From contig CAZLHV010000001.1 in assembly GCA_964559205.1 (NCBI GenBank), positions 1 through 47,477 of the forward strand: a stretch of DNA of 47,477 nucleotides. Direction: 5' to 3'. The position numbers and the translations under genes are program-made. The notes under the pieces are model-generated. The model ran no database searches. It was not told where the DNA came from and was given only the letters and a program-made list of their open reading frames with translations. Source of the stretch: an uncultured Bacteroidaceae bacterium (GTDB taxonomy: Bacteria > Bacteroidota > Bacteroidia > Bacteroidales > DTU049). Positions 9,140 through 18,687 of this stretch are shown piece after piece. The stretch's first letter is position 1, and each line of letters opens with the position of its first letter.

Positions 9140-9919
9140 TTAGAAGAGCATATACGATGTCCACTGACGAGAATCCTTATTGTATGTCCAAAGCCTGTTG
9201 TTGCAGAAGGATACATTGAACATTTCGTGCAGATATTCTTCAGGGCTGAAATAGATCATTTTCACGTAGGCACCCTTGCTGTTAAAAAAATACAGCTTGT
9301 TGCTCAGGTAATTGACCAGGATGAATTCATAGCCTTTTTTACCTGTATAAAGCACTGACCCACTGACACATGATTCCAGCTCTTTTTCATTGAATCCGGT
9401 GATGGGAAGCGATTTGAGCTCATTCCCGTTTTTAAGACTGTAGCTAATGATTTTCATGCCATTGAGGCAATACATGATGCCCTTTTTGGTATTGAAGGTT
9501 CCTCCTGCTTGTGCATCTGGCTGGTGCATTCCGGTGATGAAGTAATCTTTCTGGCCGGTTGGCATGCCGCTTTCGCTCAAATAAATGCGAAAATAACCGG
9601 CATCATCATAGCAGTTGCCAATCAAGCAGTTCCACTTCTCGTGATATACCATTCCCCGGATATCGAACCCGATTTCTTCGCTGTAAACGTTTCTGCCATC
9701 GGCTGTGAATACTTCAAGCGGATACGAGGCGTTGCCTCCGAAAGCAGCGTAGTAGAGATGTTTTGCAGGATTCCATGCTACAGCCATCCCGTTGTTACCG
9801 TCGGACGATTTAATGATGAGTTCTATATCCTTTTGGGGATTGTCCTTTGGTTGTGAAAAACCCTGCAGAGAAGCGAACGCAAAAATCAGGAATAAAGCAA
9901 AAGTACTGATGGTCTTCAT
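9140..9919 (-). CDS. Secreted hypothetical protein
   Basis: 259 aa with a signal peptide (MKTISTFALFLIFAFASLQGFSQ). No motif recognised. Confidence 0.55.
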   Translation of the reverse strand: MKTISTFALFLIFAFASLQGFSQPKDNPQKDIELIIKSSDGNNGMAVAWNPAKHLYYAAFGGNASYPLEVFTADGRNVYSEEIGFDIRGMVYHEKWNCLIGNCYDDAGYFRIYLSESGMPTGQKDYFITGMHQPDAQAGGTFNTKKGIMYCLNGMKIISYSLKNGNELKSLPITGFNEKELESCVSGSVLYTGKKGYEFILVNYLSNKLYFFNSKGAYVKMIYFSPEEYLHEMFNVSFCNNRLWTYNKDSRQWTSYMLF

Positions 9920-9994
9920 ATCATTTCATTTTGTCCAAATGTACTGCAATTTTGCCGAAGAAAATGAGCAATTCCTGTTAAAACATTCCTAAAA

Positions 9995-10588
9995 TCAGTT
10001 CGACTCATAAAGACCTTCTCTTTGAATCATACTGGCAACCGAAGCAGGTAAAAAGAAACGTGGATCCCGGCCTTTGGCGAATTCTTCGCGAATGAAACTG
10101 CTGCTGATTTCCATCAGTGGGGCTGCTACGATTTGAACATTTTCATGTTGAATGTGGGGCTCTCCGTTGTATCCGGGGCGGGGGTAAACAATTATCCTGT
10201 AGTTTGAGATAATGGTTTCCCAGGCTTTCCATTTATGAAGCGATTGCAGGTTATCCATTCCCATAATAAGGCTGAAGCAACGACCGGGATATTTTTCCTC
10301 GAGGTGGACCAGGGTTTGGATGGTGTAATTAGGGGCAGGCAGATTGAACTCAATGTCGCTGGCTGCCATGTGCTGAAAATCGCCAATTGCTGTTCTGACC
10401 AGTTCGAGTCTTGTTCGCGCCTGCAGGAGTGTTTTCTTCTCTTTCAGGGGGTTGTGAGGCGAAACCACAAACCAAAGCTCATTCAAGTTGCCATGATTGA
10501 TTAAAAAGTTGGCAATGACCATGTGTCCCACATGTGGCGGATTGAATGATCCGAAGAAAAGGCCGGTTTGCAGCTTTTTGTTTGCCAT
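9995..10588 (-). CDS. nadD: Nicotinate-nucleotide adenylyltransferase
   Basis: GLFFGSFNPPHVGHM nucleotidyltransferase (H/T)xGH motif and the ISSSFIR motif near the C-terminus. The ATG at 10588 (MANKKLQTG) is preferred over the track start at 10660. Confidence 0.88.
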   Translation of the reverse strand: MANKKLQTGLFFGSFNPPHVGHMVIANFLINHGNLNELWFVVSPHNPLKEKKTLLQARTRLELVRTAIGDFQHMAASDIEFNLPAPNYTIQTLVHLEEKYPGRCFSLIMGMDNLQSLHKWKAWETIISNYRIIVYPRPGYNGEPHIQHENVQIVAAPLMEISSSFIREEFAKGRDPRFFLPASVASMIQREGLYESN

Positions 10589-10622
10589 GAAGGGTGAAAT
10601 TGTGGAACCAAAGGTAAAAAAA

Positions 10623-10991
10623 TCAAGGCAATTCTTTGTTGGGATCCCAAAAATGCTCATCGAACCTCAATACCTGATCGTCACGAACCAACAGACCTTC
10701 GCTTGCGAGCAACTGTTCCATAACTGCCGGGCCTCCAAAGTGATGCTTTCCGGTTAAACGGCCCTGTCTGTTCAGAACCCTATGGGCTGGAATGGACGCT
10801 TCGGAATGATGAGATGCATTCATGGCATAGCCAACCATTCGGGCTGCACCCGCTGAGCCGAGATATCGGGCAATGGCTCCATATGATGTAACCTTTCCTC
10901 GCGGGATGAGCGCAACCACCTGCCATACCTGCTCGAAAAAATCACTTTGTGTCTTTGTCATAAGCTGGATGATTGATGGAGAATGCGACAT
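10623..10991 (-). CDS. MGMT-family DNA-binding protein lacking the acceptor cysteine (alkyltransferase-like, ATL)
   Basis: 122 aa with the MGMT C-terminal domain signature (KVTSYGAIARYLG...ARMVGYAMNA...IPAHRVLN). The canonical PCHRV site reads PAHRV. The start is uncertain (10991 or the ATG at 10961). Confidence 0.75.
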   Translation of the reverse strand: MSHSPSIIQLMTKTQSDFFEQVWQVVALIPRGKVTSYGAIARYLGSAGAARMVGYAMNASHHSEASIPAHRVLNRQGRLTGKHHFGGPAVMEQLLASEGLLVRDDQVLRFDEHFWDPNKELP

Positions 10992-11634
10992 GAGAAATTA
11001 TTTTCCCCATGTCAAGCCATATGTTTTCATAGAAGGTTCTGATTTCAGAAAGTGGTCCTTTGCAGCCTGATCCATAGATGTCATCGGTTCGCGATTCTAC
11101 ATGAAAGCCATTGTGACTGATGATGCCAAGGGTGTATTCGAACAGTTCCTGCGAGTCTGTTTTGAGGTGAATGAGACCTCCAGGTTTAAGGAATTTTCGG
11201 AACATGTTTAGATACCGGGGCGAAGTGAGCCGTTTGTTTGCACGGGACCCGGGCTGGGGATCCGGAAAGGTGATCCAGATTTCGTCGACCTCAGCTTCTC
11301 CAAACCAAAAGGGCAACAGACCCGCCTGCGACCGAATGAAAGCTGCGTTGTTGAGTTGGTCGTCCTGAACAGTTCTTGCTCCGCGCCATATTCGTGCACC
11401 TTTGATATCCACACCAATATGGTTGTTTTCGGGATAACGGCGGGCTAGTCCGATGGTGTATTCGCCTTTTCCACAGCCAATTTCCACCACCAGTTTACCC
11501 TGACGGTGAAAAACCAGCTGGTTCCAATGGCCTTTGTTTGGGTGGGGGGTTGAAATCAATTGAGGGTATGGGCATTCAAAGTAATGCGCAAAAGACCTGT
11601 TTTCGGCAAAATGCTGCAGTTTCTTTTTTGCCAT
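10942..11634 (-). CDS. trmB: tRNA (guanine-N7)-methyltransferase
   Basis: 230 aa with SAM-binding motif VVEIGCGKGEYT, then ITFPDPQP and HLKTD, characteristic of TrmB. Confidence 0.88.
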   Translation of the reverse strand: MAKKKLQHFAENRSFAHYFECPYPQLISTPHPNKGHWNQLVFHRQGKLVVEIGCGKGEYTIGLARRYPENNHIGVDIKGARIWRGARTVQDDQLNNAAFIRSQAGLLPFWFGEAEVDEIWITFPDPQPGSRANKRLTSPRYLNMFRKFLKPGGLIHLKTDSQELFEYTLGIISHNGFHVESRTDDIYGSGCKGPLSEIRTFYENIWLDMGKIISHVAFSINHPAYDKDTK

Positions 11635-11640
11635 TGGATT

Positions 11641-12588
11641 TTATTTGTGGGTATAGAGCCAAATGTCGGGTTTGTTTTCCGTAAGCCGAAGTTCGTTAAG
11701 ATAGGCTACAGCTTCGGTTTTATCGCTGAATTTCTGATAAGCCACTCTAATTCGACCTTCGTCAGGGCTTTCAACAATTTCGGCAGGGAACCCCTTTTTT
11801 TTCAATTCAGCACAAAGACTTTCCGCTTCAGTCATGTTTGTGAAGCTACCGCCGATCACAAAATAATTTGCTGCATCGGATGGTTCAACCGCAGAATCAT
11901 CTGACAGAGTATCAGCTTCCGTCGTCTGGGCGTTTTCGTTCAGCGAATCGTTTGATCCGGGCACGACCCGATCGGTGTTTTCCTTTGTTTTGCTTTCGGT
12001 GGCCCCTTTTTCTGAAGAAAACAAGCCAATCAATTCGTCGGCAAGCGGCTGTACTTTGTCAGGAAAAACGAACCATGATGCCACAACACAAGCCAAAAGA
12101 AATACGACCACAAACAAAAACACCGGTCGTTTCCTGCGTCGGGTAATAGTCGGAGCTGTTCGGGCATGTTTCTTTCCTGCAACAATCTCGGCTGAAAATT
12201 CAGGAAGCCCAAATCCAAACACATCATTGGTTTTTGATTCTTCAAGAACGATGCTGTTGTTTTGCCGGATAAGTTTGCCCATTCCAGGCATAAAGTAATG
12301 GCTTTCTGAGTCGATAGCCTTCAGAATCTGAGATGAGTAGCTCAGCGCGATATCATTTGCTTCGGCAGGACTCAGCCCAAACTCGCTTTGCAAAATGTCG
12401 GCGAGCGTAAGCGCATCGGGGTTGGTTTGTGAAAGAACCGGTTTGGCGACAGGCGGTTGAAAATCGCGACCCATTCTCGACATGTTTGCGGGCTGGGTCA
12501 TGAGCGAGAAAGTCCCGATGTCATGAACACTAATGGCTTTGTATTTGGAGAGCCAGAGGATGAAGTAGTTGTCGTTGACGGATTGCAT
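11641..12588 (-). CDS. SPOR domain-containing protein (N-terminal HU-like domain, TM segment, C-terminal SPOR)
   Basis: 315 aa with a central TM (PVFLFVVVFLLACVVASWFVF). The C-terminal domain YFVIGGSFTNMTEAESLCAELKKKGFPAEIV...RVAYQKFSDKTEA matches a SPOR peptidoglycan-binding fold. Confidence 0.7.
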   Translation of the reverse strand: MQSVNDNYFILWLSKYKAISVHDIGTFSLMTQPANMSRMGRDFQPPVAKPVLSQTNPDALTLADILQSEFGLSPAEANDIALSYSSQILKAIDSESHYFMPGMGKLIRQNNSIVLEESKTNDVFGFGLPEFSAEIVAGKKHARTAPTITRRRKRPVFLFVVVFLLACVVASWFVFPDKVQPLADELIGLFSSEKGATESKTKENTDRVVPGSNDSLNENAQTTEADTLSDDSAVEPSDAANYFVIGGSFTNMTEAESLCAELKKKGFPAEIVESPDEGRIRVAYQKFSDKTEAVAYLNELRLTENKPDIWLYTHK

Positions 12589-12614
12589 TATTCAAAAATA
12601 TAATAAGGAATAAA

Positions 12615-12643
12615 CAAAAAAACCCCGCTTTGGACGGCGAGGT
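12615..12643 (-). terminator. Rho-independent terminator after rpmH
   Basis: Minus strand reads CCTCGC-CGTCCAAA-GCGGGG followed by an 8-T run, about 23 nt after the rpmH stop. Confidence 0.65.
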
Positions 12644-12665
12644 GCGACAAATATGGTTTCACGGA

Positions 12666-12824
12666 TTACTGTTTGTGAAGTTTGTTATCGGAAACTGTAA
12701 GTCTGTGACGACCTTTAGCCCTGCGGCGAGCAAGCACTTTACGGCCATTGGCAGTTTCCATACGGTGACGAAATCCGTGTTTGTTTCTTCTTTTGCGGTT
12801 TGAAGGCTGAAAAGTACGTTTCAT
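12666..12824 (-). CDS. rpmH: 50S ribosomal protein L34
   Basis: Hand translation of the minus strand gives [52 protein letters not shown] (52 aa), the canonical L34 sequence. It is absent from the ORF track, probably because it is short. Confidence 0.95.
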   Translation of the reverse strand: MKRTFQPSNRKRRNKHGFRHRMETANGRKVLARRRAKGRHRLTVSDNKLHKQ

Positions 12825-12853
12825 AACAGATGGATGTTTTGAAATTGGGAGTG

Positions 12854-12861
12854 CAAAAGTA
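12854..12861 (-). promoter_or_regulatory. Candidate -7 promoter box for rpmH (TACTTTTG)
   Basis: Exact TAnnTTTG match on the minus strand, about 30 nt upstream of the rpmH ATG. Confidence 0.45.
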
Positions 12862-12986
12862 TGAAAAAGATTTTGATGGGCAAAAAAAATGTTTAAAATT
12901 ATTCAGAATGACATTTATCTGCCATACTTTTAATAACGAACAATGTTAAAGTGCGAAGATGCGTTAATGATTATAAAGCAGATATC

Positions 12987-13319
12987 ATGAGATGCATACC
13001 ATTGTTATGGCTTTGTTTCGTTTTGTTTGTTTCGTGTCAGAACGACATCGATTCAAATGCCCCCGACTGCGTGAAACACCGAACGCGAAGTTTTAGATCG
13101 GAATGTTGTGACAGCGGTGCAAGTGTGAAGGAGTATATATTTCAGGGACAAAATGTCTATGTGTATGATCCGGGCGACTGTGGCGCTGACATGACCAGTG
13201 AGGTTACCGACGAGACCTGCACAACACTGGGTTATTTGGGTGGAATAACCGGGAATACGATCATCAATGGAGAGGACTTTTCGTTGGCTCAGTTTGAGCG
13301 GTTAATCTGGAAAAACTAA
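12987..13319 (+). CDS. Small Cys-rich lipoprotein, function unknown
   Basis: The ATG at 12987 gives MRCIPLLWLCFVLFVSCQND, a lipobox-like signal (LFVSC). The track start at 12951 is a GTG extension. The mature part has 7 further Cys. Confidence 0.55.
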   Translation: MRCIPLLWLCFVLFVSCQNDIDSNAPDCVKHRTRSFRSECCDSGASVKEYIFQGQNVYVYDPGDCGADMTSEVTDETCTTLGYLGGITGNTIINGEDFSLAQFERLIWKN

Positions 13320-13344
13320 AAGCCGCCCTTTCGGAGCGGCTTTT
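13318..13344. terminator. Bidirectional terminator hairpin between convergent genes
   Basis: AAAA-GCCGC-(9-nt loop)-GCGGC-TTTT lies between the stop at 13319 (+) and the stop at 13360 (-). Confidence 0.6.
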
Positions 13345-13359
13345 GCGGAAAGATGTCTT

Positions 13360-15396
13360 TTACTTACTGATAATTTTAAACTCTGTACGTCGGTTGAGTT
13401 GTCGTCCTTCGTCAGTAGCATTTGATGCAATAGGTTTGTCGAAACCATAACCCACTGATGTCAATCTGTCGGCTGCGATACCTGCAGCAATGAGATAATC
13501 AACCACAGCTTTGGCTCGCTGCTCTGAGAGGGTTTTGTTGTAGGCGGCAGAACCCACATTGTCGGTGTGACCTGAGATTTCAATTTTCAGTGTGGGGTTT
13601 TCGCGCATGAGCTGAGTAAGGTTTTCGAGCTCTGCCTTTGATTCAGGACGCAGTGTGGCTTTGTTGAAATCGAAGAAAATATTGCGAAGAACGATTTCTT
13701 TACCCACTTCGACTTTTTTGAGATAGATGTCTTTTTCGATTTCCTGATAGGCGGCGGCATTGGGAATGTCGAAATTTTCGGAGTGGAACAGGTATCCTTC
13801 GGCTTTCACAGCAATTCCGTAGTTTTTACCGCTGGGTAGCGAAACAAGATATTTACCAGTGGCGCTGTTTGAGGTGAAGGTAGCCAGTTCTTCATTTTTA
13901 GAGTTGTCGGTGAGGATGATCTGAGCCTCGACAGGCTGTTTGGTGGCTTCGTCGAGAATGCGGCCTTTCAGCAGAGTGAGAGAGGCATTGATTACCGATA
14001 CAGTTTGTTCAATCACTGTTTCGCTGACAGGTTCAGTTCGCCATGCAATTAAATTGTCTTCGGAATTTGTGACTACGGGTTTTTCTGTCAGGAACGTGAT
14101 AAGGTAGATATCTTGTTCTCCGATGCTTCCGGCACGGGCCGAGCTCATAAAGGCATGTAATCCGCTTGCAGTGATTGAGAAGAAAACATCGTCGTCGGCG
14201 GTGTTGATCGGGTATCCCATGTTGGCAGGATCGCTCCATTTGCCGTTTTCATAAACACTTTTAAAGATGTCAAAGCCTCCCATGGTTTTATGTCCTTTTG
14301 AGCTAAAAAACAGGGTTCGTCCATCGGGATGCATAAAAACAGCTTCTTCGTCGTATATGGTATTAAGCTCTTTCAGGTTTATGGGCTCGCCCCAATTTCC
14401 TTTTTTGTCGAGATAGGAAACATAAATGTCGCGTCCACCTACACCTCCTTCACGATCTGAGACGAAATAGAGTGTTCTTCCATCGGGGCCTAGCGAAGCA
14501 GAGCTTTCATGAAATTTGGAGTTAATGTTTTTGTTCAGGCGTTCAGGTTTTCCCCATTCATTTCCTTTCAGTTTACACTCGTAAAGATCGCCGCCATTTT
14601 CGCCTTTATAAATATAAAGTGTTTGTCCATCGGGGCTAAGACCAACCGTGGCGTCGTGAAGATCGCTGTTGAGTGGTTTTCCGGGGTTGCTGAGTTTCCA
14701 GTCTTCGCCAGCTTTTTCTGCAATATAAATATCTTCGTAATACTTTTGATCCTGAGGGTCACGCTTTTCGCCCGTAGTGTTTTCGCGGCGACTGGTGAAG
14801 ATGAGCATGGATTCATCCGCATTTACAATCGGGCAGTACTCCGGAAAAAGCGTATTGATTGTTGTTCCGAGATTATCGGTGAAAACTTTCACTGGTTTTT
14901 TAATCAGATCGGCACCAACCTCGCATTCTGCGATTTTTTTATTCAGCTCAGGGGCAATGGCACTGTATTCTTTTGGAGAAAGCTTGTTTTTATAAGCTTT
15001 GTATTTTTCCATCCCTTTTTCGAAATCATGATTTTGATGATAAGCGATGCCAAGCTGGTAGTATAGATCTGGAGCGCAATGAGGATTCAATTCTTCAGCT
15101 TTTTTCAGCATGTCGAGTCCTTTTTCTTTGTCAACAATCATGTTACAAACCCCCATCTTGTAGTTGAGCAAGGCATTATTGGGGTTAAAGTTGTAAGCTT
15201 TTGTGTATGAGTTGAGTGCTTCGATATACATTCCTTTGCCCCTGGCAAAATAACCGTCGCCGGTTTGAATGTTTTTCAAGGCTTCTTTCAGTCCCTTTTT
15301 ATCTGAAAAGTTGGCTTTGGTAAATTCAATATCTTTTTGAGCCACTACGTTGAACGTGATCAGCAGGCCGGCCAGAATTACAAGTATTTTTTTCAT
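13360..15396 (-). CDS. OmpA-family protein with N-terminal TPR, TolB-like beta-propeller repeats and C-terminal OmpA peptidoglycan-binding domain
   Basis: 678 aa with a signal peptide. Repeated SPDGxTLYF/SxR motifs resemble a WD40-like TolB repeat. The C-terminal OmpA_C signature is FDFNKATLRPES...ISGHTDNVGSAAYNKTLSEQRAKAV...NRRTEF. Confidence 0.8.
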   Translation of the reverse strand: MKKILVILAGLLITFNVVAQKDIEFTKANFSDKKGLKEALKNIQTGDGYFARGKGMYIEALNSYTKAYNFNPNNALLNYKMGVCNMIVDKEKGLDMLKKAEELNPHCAPDLYYQLGIAYHQNHDFEKGMEKYKAYKNKLSPKEYSAIAPELNKKIAECEVGADLIKKPVKVFTDNLGTTINTLFPEYCPIVNADESMLIFTSRRENTTGEKRDPQDQKYYEDIYIAEKAGEDWKLSNPGKPLNSDLHDATVGLSPDGQTLYIYKGENGGDLYECKLKGNEWGKPERLNKNINSKFHESSASLGPDGRTLYFVSDREGGVGGRDIYVSYLDKKGNWGEPINLKELNTIYDEEAVFMHPDGRTLFFSSKGHKTMGGFDIFKSVYENGKWSDPANMGYPINTADDDVFFSITASGLHAFMSSARAGSIGEQDIYLITFLTEKPVVTNSEDNLIAWRTEPVSETVIEQTVSVINASLTLLKGRILDEATKQPVEAQIILTDNSKNEELATFTSNSATGKYLVSLPSGKNYGIAVKAEGYLFHSENFDIPNAAAYQEIEKDIYLKKVEVGKEIVLRNIFFDFNKATLRPESKAELENLTQLMRENPTLKIEISGHTDNVGSAAYNKTLSEQRAKAVVDYLIAAGIAADRLTSVGYGFDKPIASNATDEGRQLNRRTEFKIISK

Positions 15397-15413
15397 GGCA
15401 ATTCCTTTCTTAA

Positions 15414-16481
15414 TTATTTACACATCTGTTTTACGTAGAATTCGGCATTCTTAATACCTAAATCAATAGCCTTACGCCAGTCGGCACAGGCCCCGGTCAT
15501 ATCGCGCTTCATTTCCTTTGCGTTTCCGCGGTTGAGATAGGCCGATCCGTAATTTGCATTCAGTGAAATGGCTTTGTTGAAGTCTTCAACGGCTCCGTCA
15601 TAGTTTTCTGCTTTGTATTTGGCGCTTCCGCGATTGTTATAAGCATAGGCGTAGTCGGCATTTTTCTCGATGGCCTTGGTGAAATCGGCAATAGCTCCTT
15701 CAATGTCACCTTTATCCATTTTGGCCAAGCCTCTGTTGTTGTAAGCTATGGCATAATCCGGATCGGCATCAATGGCTTTTGAGTATTCGAGAATGGCATC
15801 GTCGAAACGGTTAAGCTTGCGGTAAACACTGCCGGCATTGTTGTAGGCAAAGGCAAGCTTTGGATTTTCTTTTGTGGCGCTTTTGTAGTAATTGAGAGCT
15901 TCTTCATAGTTTTCCATCATCTTATAGGCGCTGCCAATGTCGTTCAGCGCATATGCAAAAACATAGGCAGGAGAATTGTCTCTTTTGCATGAAGCCACCA
16001 TTTTCCAGTCGTCGATGGCTGCTTGGTAGTTTTTTTCGTCGAAAGAAATGCTGCCACGGTAATAATAGGACTGTGCATGCATATTGTCGATTTCAAGGGC
16101 CTTGGCATAGTCGCTTTTTGCGCCTTCTGAGTCGTTGTTTTTCATGTATTTGAGATGACCACGACTAAAAAATGCATTTGCTGACGGTTCGAGTTCGATG
16201 GTTTTGTTGTAGTCGAGCATGGCACCGTCTTTATCGCCAAGAGCTTCTTTTACCACACCACGGTTATAGTAGGCTTTGGCGAAATCGGGTTTAAGACTGA
16301 TGGCTTCGTTGAATTTCTGAAGGGCAGGTTTGTGCTGACCATTGTCAAACAGGGTAGTCCCTTCGTTATAAAGGCGCTCAGCCTTCTGCGGATCATCAAC
16401 GGCTATTTTTACCGTGTCTGTCTGGGCTTTCAAACCCAGCAGCAATCCGCTGAACAGAACACAAGTCATCATGAATCTCAT
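15414..16481 (-). CDS. Tetratricopeptide (TPR) repeat protein, secreted
   Basis: 355 aa with a signal peptide and at least 8 consecutive 34-aa TPR units (repeated AxxxYNxAIxLxPxxAxAYxNRG). Confidence 0.8.
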   Translation of the reverse strand: MRFMMTCVLFSGLLLGLKAQTDTVKIAVDDPQKAERLYNEGTTLFDNGQHKPALQKFNEAISLKPDFAKAYYNRGVVKEALGDKDGAMLDYNKTIELEPSANAFFSRGHLKYMKNNDSEGAKSDYAKALEIDNMHAQSYYYRGSISFDEKNYQAAIDDWKMVASCKRDNSPAYVFAYALNDIGSAYKMMENYEEALNYYKSATKENPKLAFAYNNAGSVYRKLNRFDDAILEYSKAIDADPDYAIAYNNRGLAKMDKGDIEGAIADFTKAIEKNADYAYAYNNRGSAKYKAENYDGAVEDFNKAISLNANYGSAYLNRGNAKEMKRDMTGACADWRKAIDLGIKNAEFYVKQMCK

Positions 16482-16629
16482 AAGCTCAACATTTAAATTA
16501 ATCAGCTAAATTACAAAATTCATTGAATTATGGTTGCACTTTGGGTAAATTATTTCGTATGCCGGACTGACATTGTTTCGATTGCTGATTTTGATAATTT
16601 GATTAAATTCGCTGCAAATTATCGGAATC

Positions 16630-18684
16630 ATGATTACGAAAGAACTGATTAAGCCTCAGAGCATTGCCGTGATTGGAGCATCTCAGGACGTGAAAAAACC
16701 CGGCGGAAAAGTGTTGAAGAATATTATTGACCATGGTTTTGGCGGCCCTGTTTATGTGGTCAACCCCAAAGAAACCGAGATTCAGGGAATCGCCTGTCAT
16801 GCAGATGTAAAGTCGCTTCCTCAGGTCGATCTTGCCATATTGGCCATTGCAGCTCGTTTTTGTCCAGAAACGGTCGATGTCCTTGCCCGCGAAAAAGGAA
16901 CCAAGGCCTTTATTATCCTCAGTGCTGGTTTTAGCGAAGAAAGCGAAGAAGGGAAAAAGCTCGAGAAACAGATCGTCGATACCGTCAATGCGCATCAGGC
17001 TTGTCTGATTGGGCCAAACTGCATTGGCATGATGACTCCCTGGCATGCATCGGTGTTTACCACTCCTGTTCCGAAACTCGAGGAACAGGGAGTCGATTTC
17101 ATCAGTGGAAGTGGAGCGACTGCGGTCTTTATCATGGAAAACAGTATTCCAAAAGGATTGACGTTTTCTTCAGTATACAGTGTTGGAAACAGTGCTCAAA
17201 CAGGTGTTGAAGATGTGCTCGCTTATCTCGACGAATCATATGTCCACGGGAAAAGCAGCCCCATCAAGCTTTTGTATATAGAAAGTGTCAATAAGCCTCA
17301 GATGTTGCTCAGGCATGCCCGTTCACTCATCTCTAAGGGCTGCAAAATTGCCGCTATAAAAGCAGGATCGTCCGATGCCGGGAGTCGAGCCGCATCATCT
17401 CATACAGGAGCAATGGCTTCGAGCGACGTCGCCGTCGATGCCTTGTTTCGTAAAGCAGGCATTGTGAGGTGTTACGGTCGCGAAGAGCTTTCGGCTGTGG
17501 CCTCGGTGTTCCGGTTCAACAAGCCTAAAGGCAACAATGTGGCCATTGTGACTCATGCCGGGGGTCCTGCCGTGATGCTTACCGACGCACTTTCCTCAAA
17601 TGGGCTTCAGGTGCCTCATATTGACCATCCTGAAGCAAAAGAACTGTTGACAAAATTGTTTCCAGGCTCTTCAGTGGCCAACCCGATCGATTTTCTGGCC
17701 ACGGGCACAGCGCAGCAACTTGATGATATTTTGTCTTTTTGCACTGAAAAATTCGATGAGATTGATGCCATTGCAGTTATTTTCGGAAGCCCGGGTCTTT
17801 TTGAGGTGTACGATGTTTATGATGTTTTGCATCAGCATATGCAGCGCGGATTAAAGCCGATTTACCCTATTCTGCCTTCCGTCATCAATGTCAAGAATGA
17901 AATTCAATATTTTATCGATAAAGGAAATGTGTTCTTTCCCGACGAGGTTACCCTGGGCAATGCTCTGGCGAAAGTGATGAATACTCCGGAACCTGAGCAT
18001 GAAGAAGACATGATTCAGGTTGATGTTGCCACAATCAGACGCATCATTGACTCATCGGCCAATGGCTATCTGCTGCCAGAAGAGGTTGGTGAATTGCTCG
18101 ATGCAGCCGGCATCCCACGTGCGGGCGAAGCGACCTCTGATCAGGAGGATGTTCTTGTTGCTGAAGCCGAAAAAATTGGATATCCACTGGTGATGAAAGT
18201 CGTAGGTCCTGTTCATAAAAGCGATGTTGGGGGTGTGGTGCTCAATGTCAGGGATCGTGAAAAACTGGTGCAGGAGTTTCGTCGTATGATGCAGATCAAG
18301 GACACCACGGCCATTCTAATCCAGCCCATGCTGAGTGGAACTGAGCTATTTGCAGGTGCCTCTCGCGAAAGCGATTTCGGTCACCTTATCCTCTGTGGTC
18401 TTGGTGGTATTTTTGTGGAAGTGCTGAAGGACGTTACATCGGGACTCAGTCCTTTAGGCAGGAAGGAAGCGCAGGCGATGATCGAGCGTCTGCGGGGCCG
18501 CAAAATACTTGAAGGGGTCAGGGGACAAACAGGGGTTGACATGAATGTCTTTGCCGACATTCTCATTAAGCTGTCAGCTTTGCTTCAGGCAGCACCTGAA
18601 ATTGCTGAAATGGACATCAATCCTTTGTTGGGGAATGGGAAGAAAATTGTTGCCGTTGATGCGCGAATCAGTTTAAAAAAATAA
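16630..18684 (+). CDS. Acetate--CoA ligase family protein (ADP-forming acyl-CoA synthetase; CoA-binding, succinyl-CoA-synthetase-like and ATP-grasp domains)
   Basis: 684 aa. The N-terminal CoA-binding Rossmann region is SIAVIGASQDVKKPGG and the phosphohistidine loop is SSHTGAMASSD. The C-terminal ATP-grasp region is GYPLVMKVVGPVHKSDVGGV. Confidence 0.82.
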   Translation: MITKELIKPQSIAVIGASQDVKKPGGKVLKNIIDHGFGGPVYVVNPKETEIQGIACHADVKSLPQVDLAILAIAARFCPETVDVLAREKGTKAFIILSAGFSEESEEGKKLEKQIVDTVNAHQACLIGPNCIGMMTPWHASVFTTPVPKLEEQGVDFISGSGATAVFIMENSIPKGLTFSSVYSVGNSAQTGVEDVLAYLDESYVHGKSSPIKLLYIESVNKPQMLLRHARSLISKGCKIAAIKAGSSDAGSRAASSHTGAMASSDVAVDALFRKAGIVRCYGREELSAVASVFRFNKPKGNNVAIVTHAGGPAVMLTDALSSNGLQVPHIDHPEAKELLTKLFPGSSVANPIDFLATGTAQQLDDILSFCTEKFDEIDAIAVIFGSPGLFEVYDVYDVLHQHMQRGLKPIYPILPSVINVKNEIQYFIDKGNVFFPDEVTLGNALAKVMNTPEPEHEEDMIQVDVATIRRIIDSSANGYLLPEEVGELLDAAGIPRAGEATSDQEDVLVAEAEKIGYPLVMKVVGPVHKSDVGGVVLNVRDREKLVQEFRRMMQIKDTTAILIQPMLSGTELFAGASRESDFGHLILCGLGGIFVEVLKDVTSGLSPLGRKEAQAMIERLRGRKILEGVRGQTGVDMNVFADILIKLSALLQAAPEIAEMDINPLLGNGKKIVAVDARISLKK

Positions 18685-18687
18685 GAT

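Noticed and set aside
16603-17046. 147-aa minus-strand ORF
   Set aside because: It lies entirely antisense to the 5' part of the well-supported acyl-CoA synthetase gene and has no motifs.
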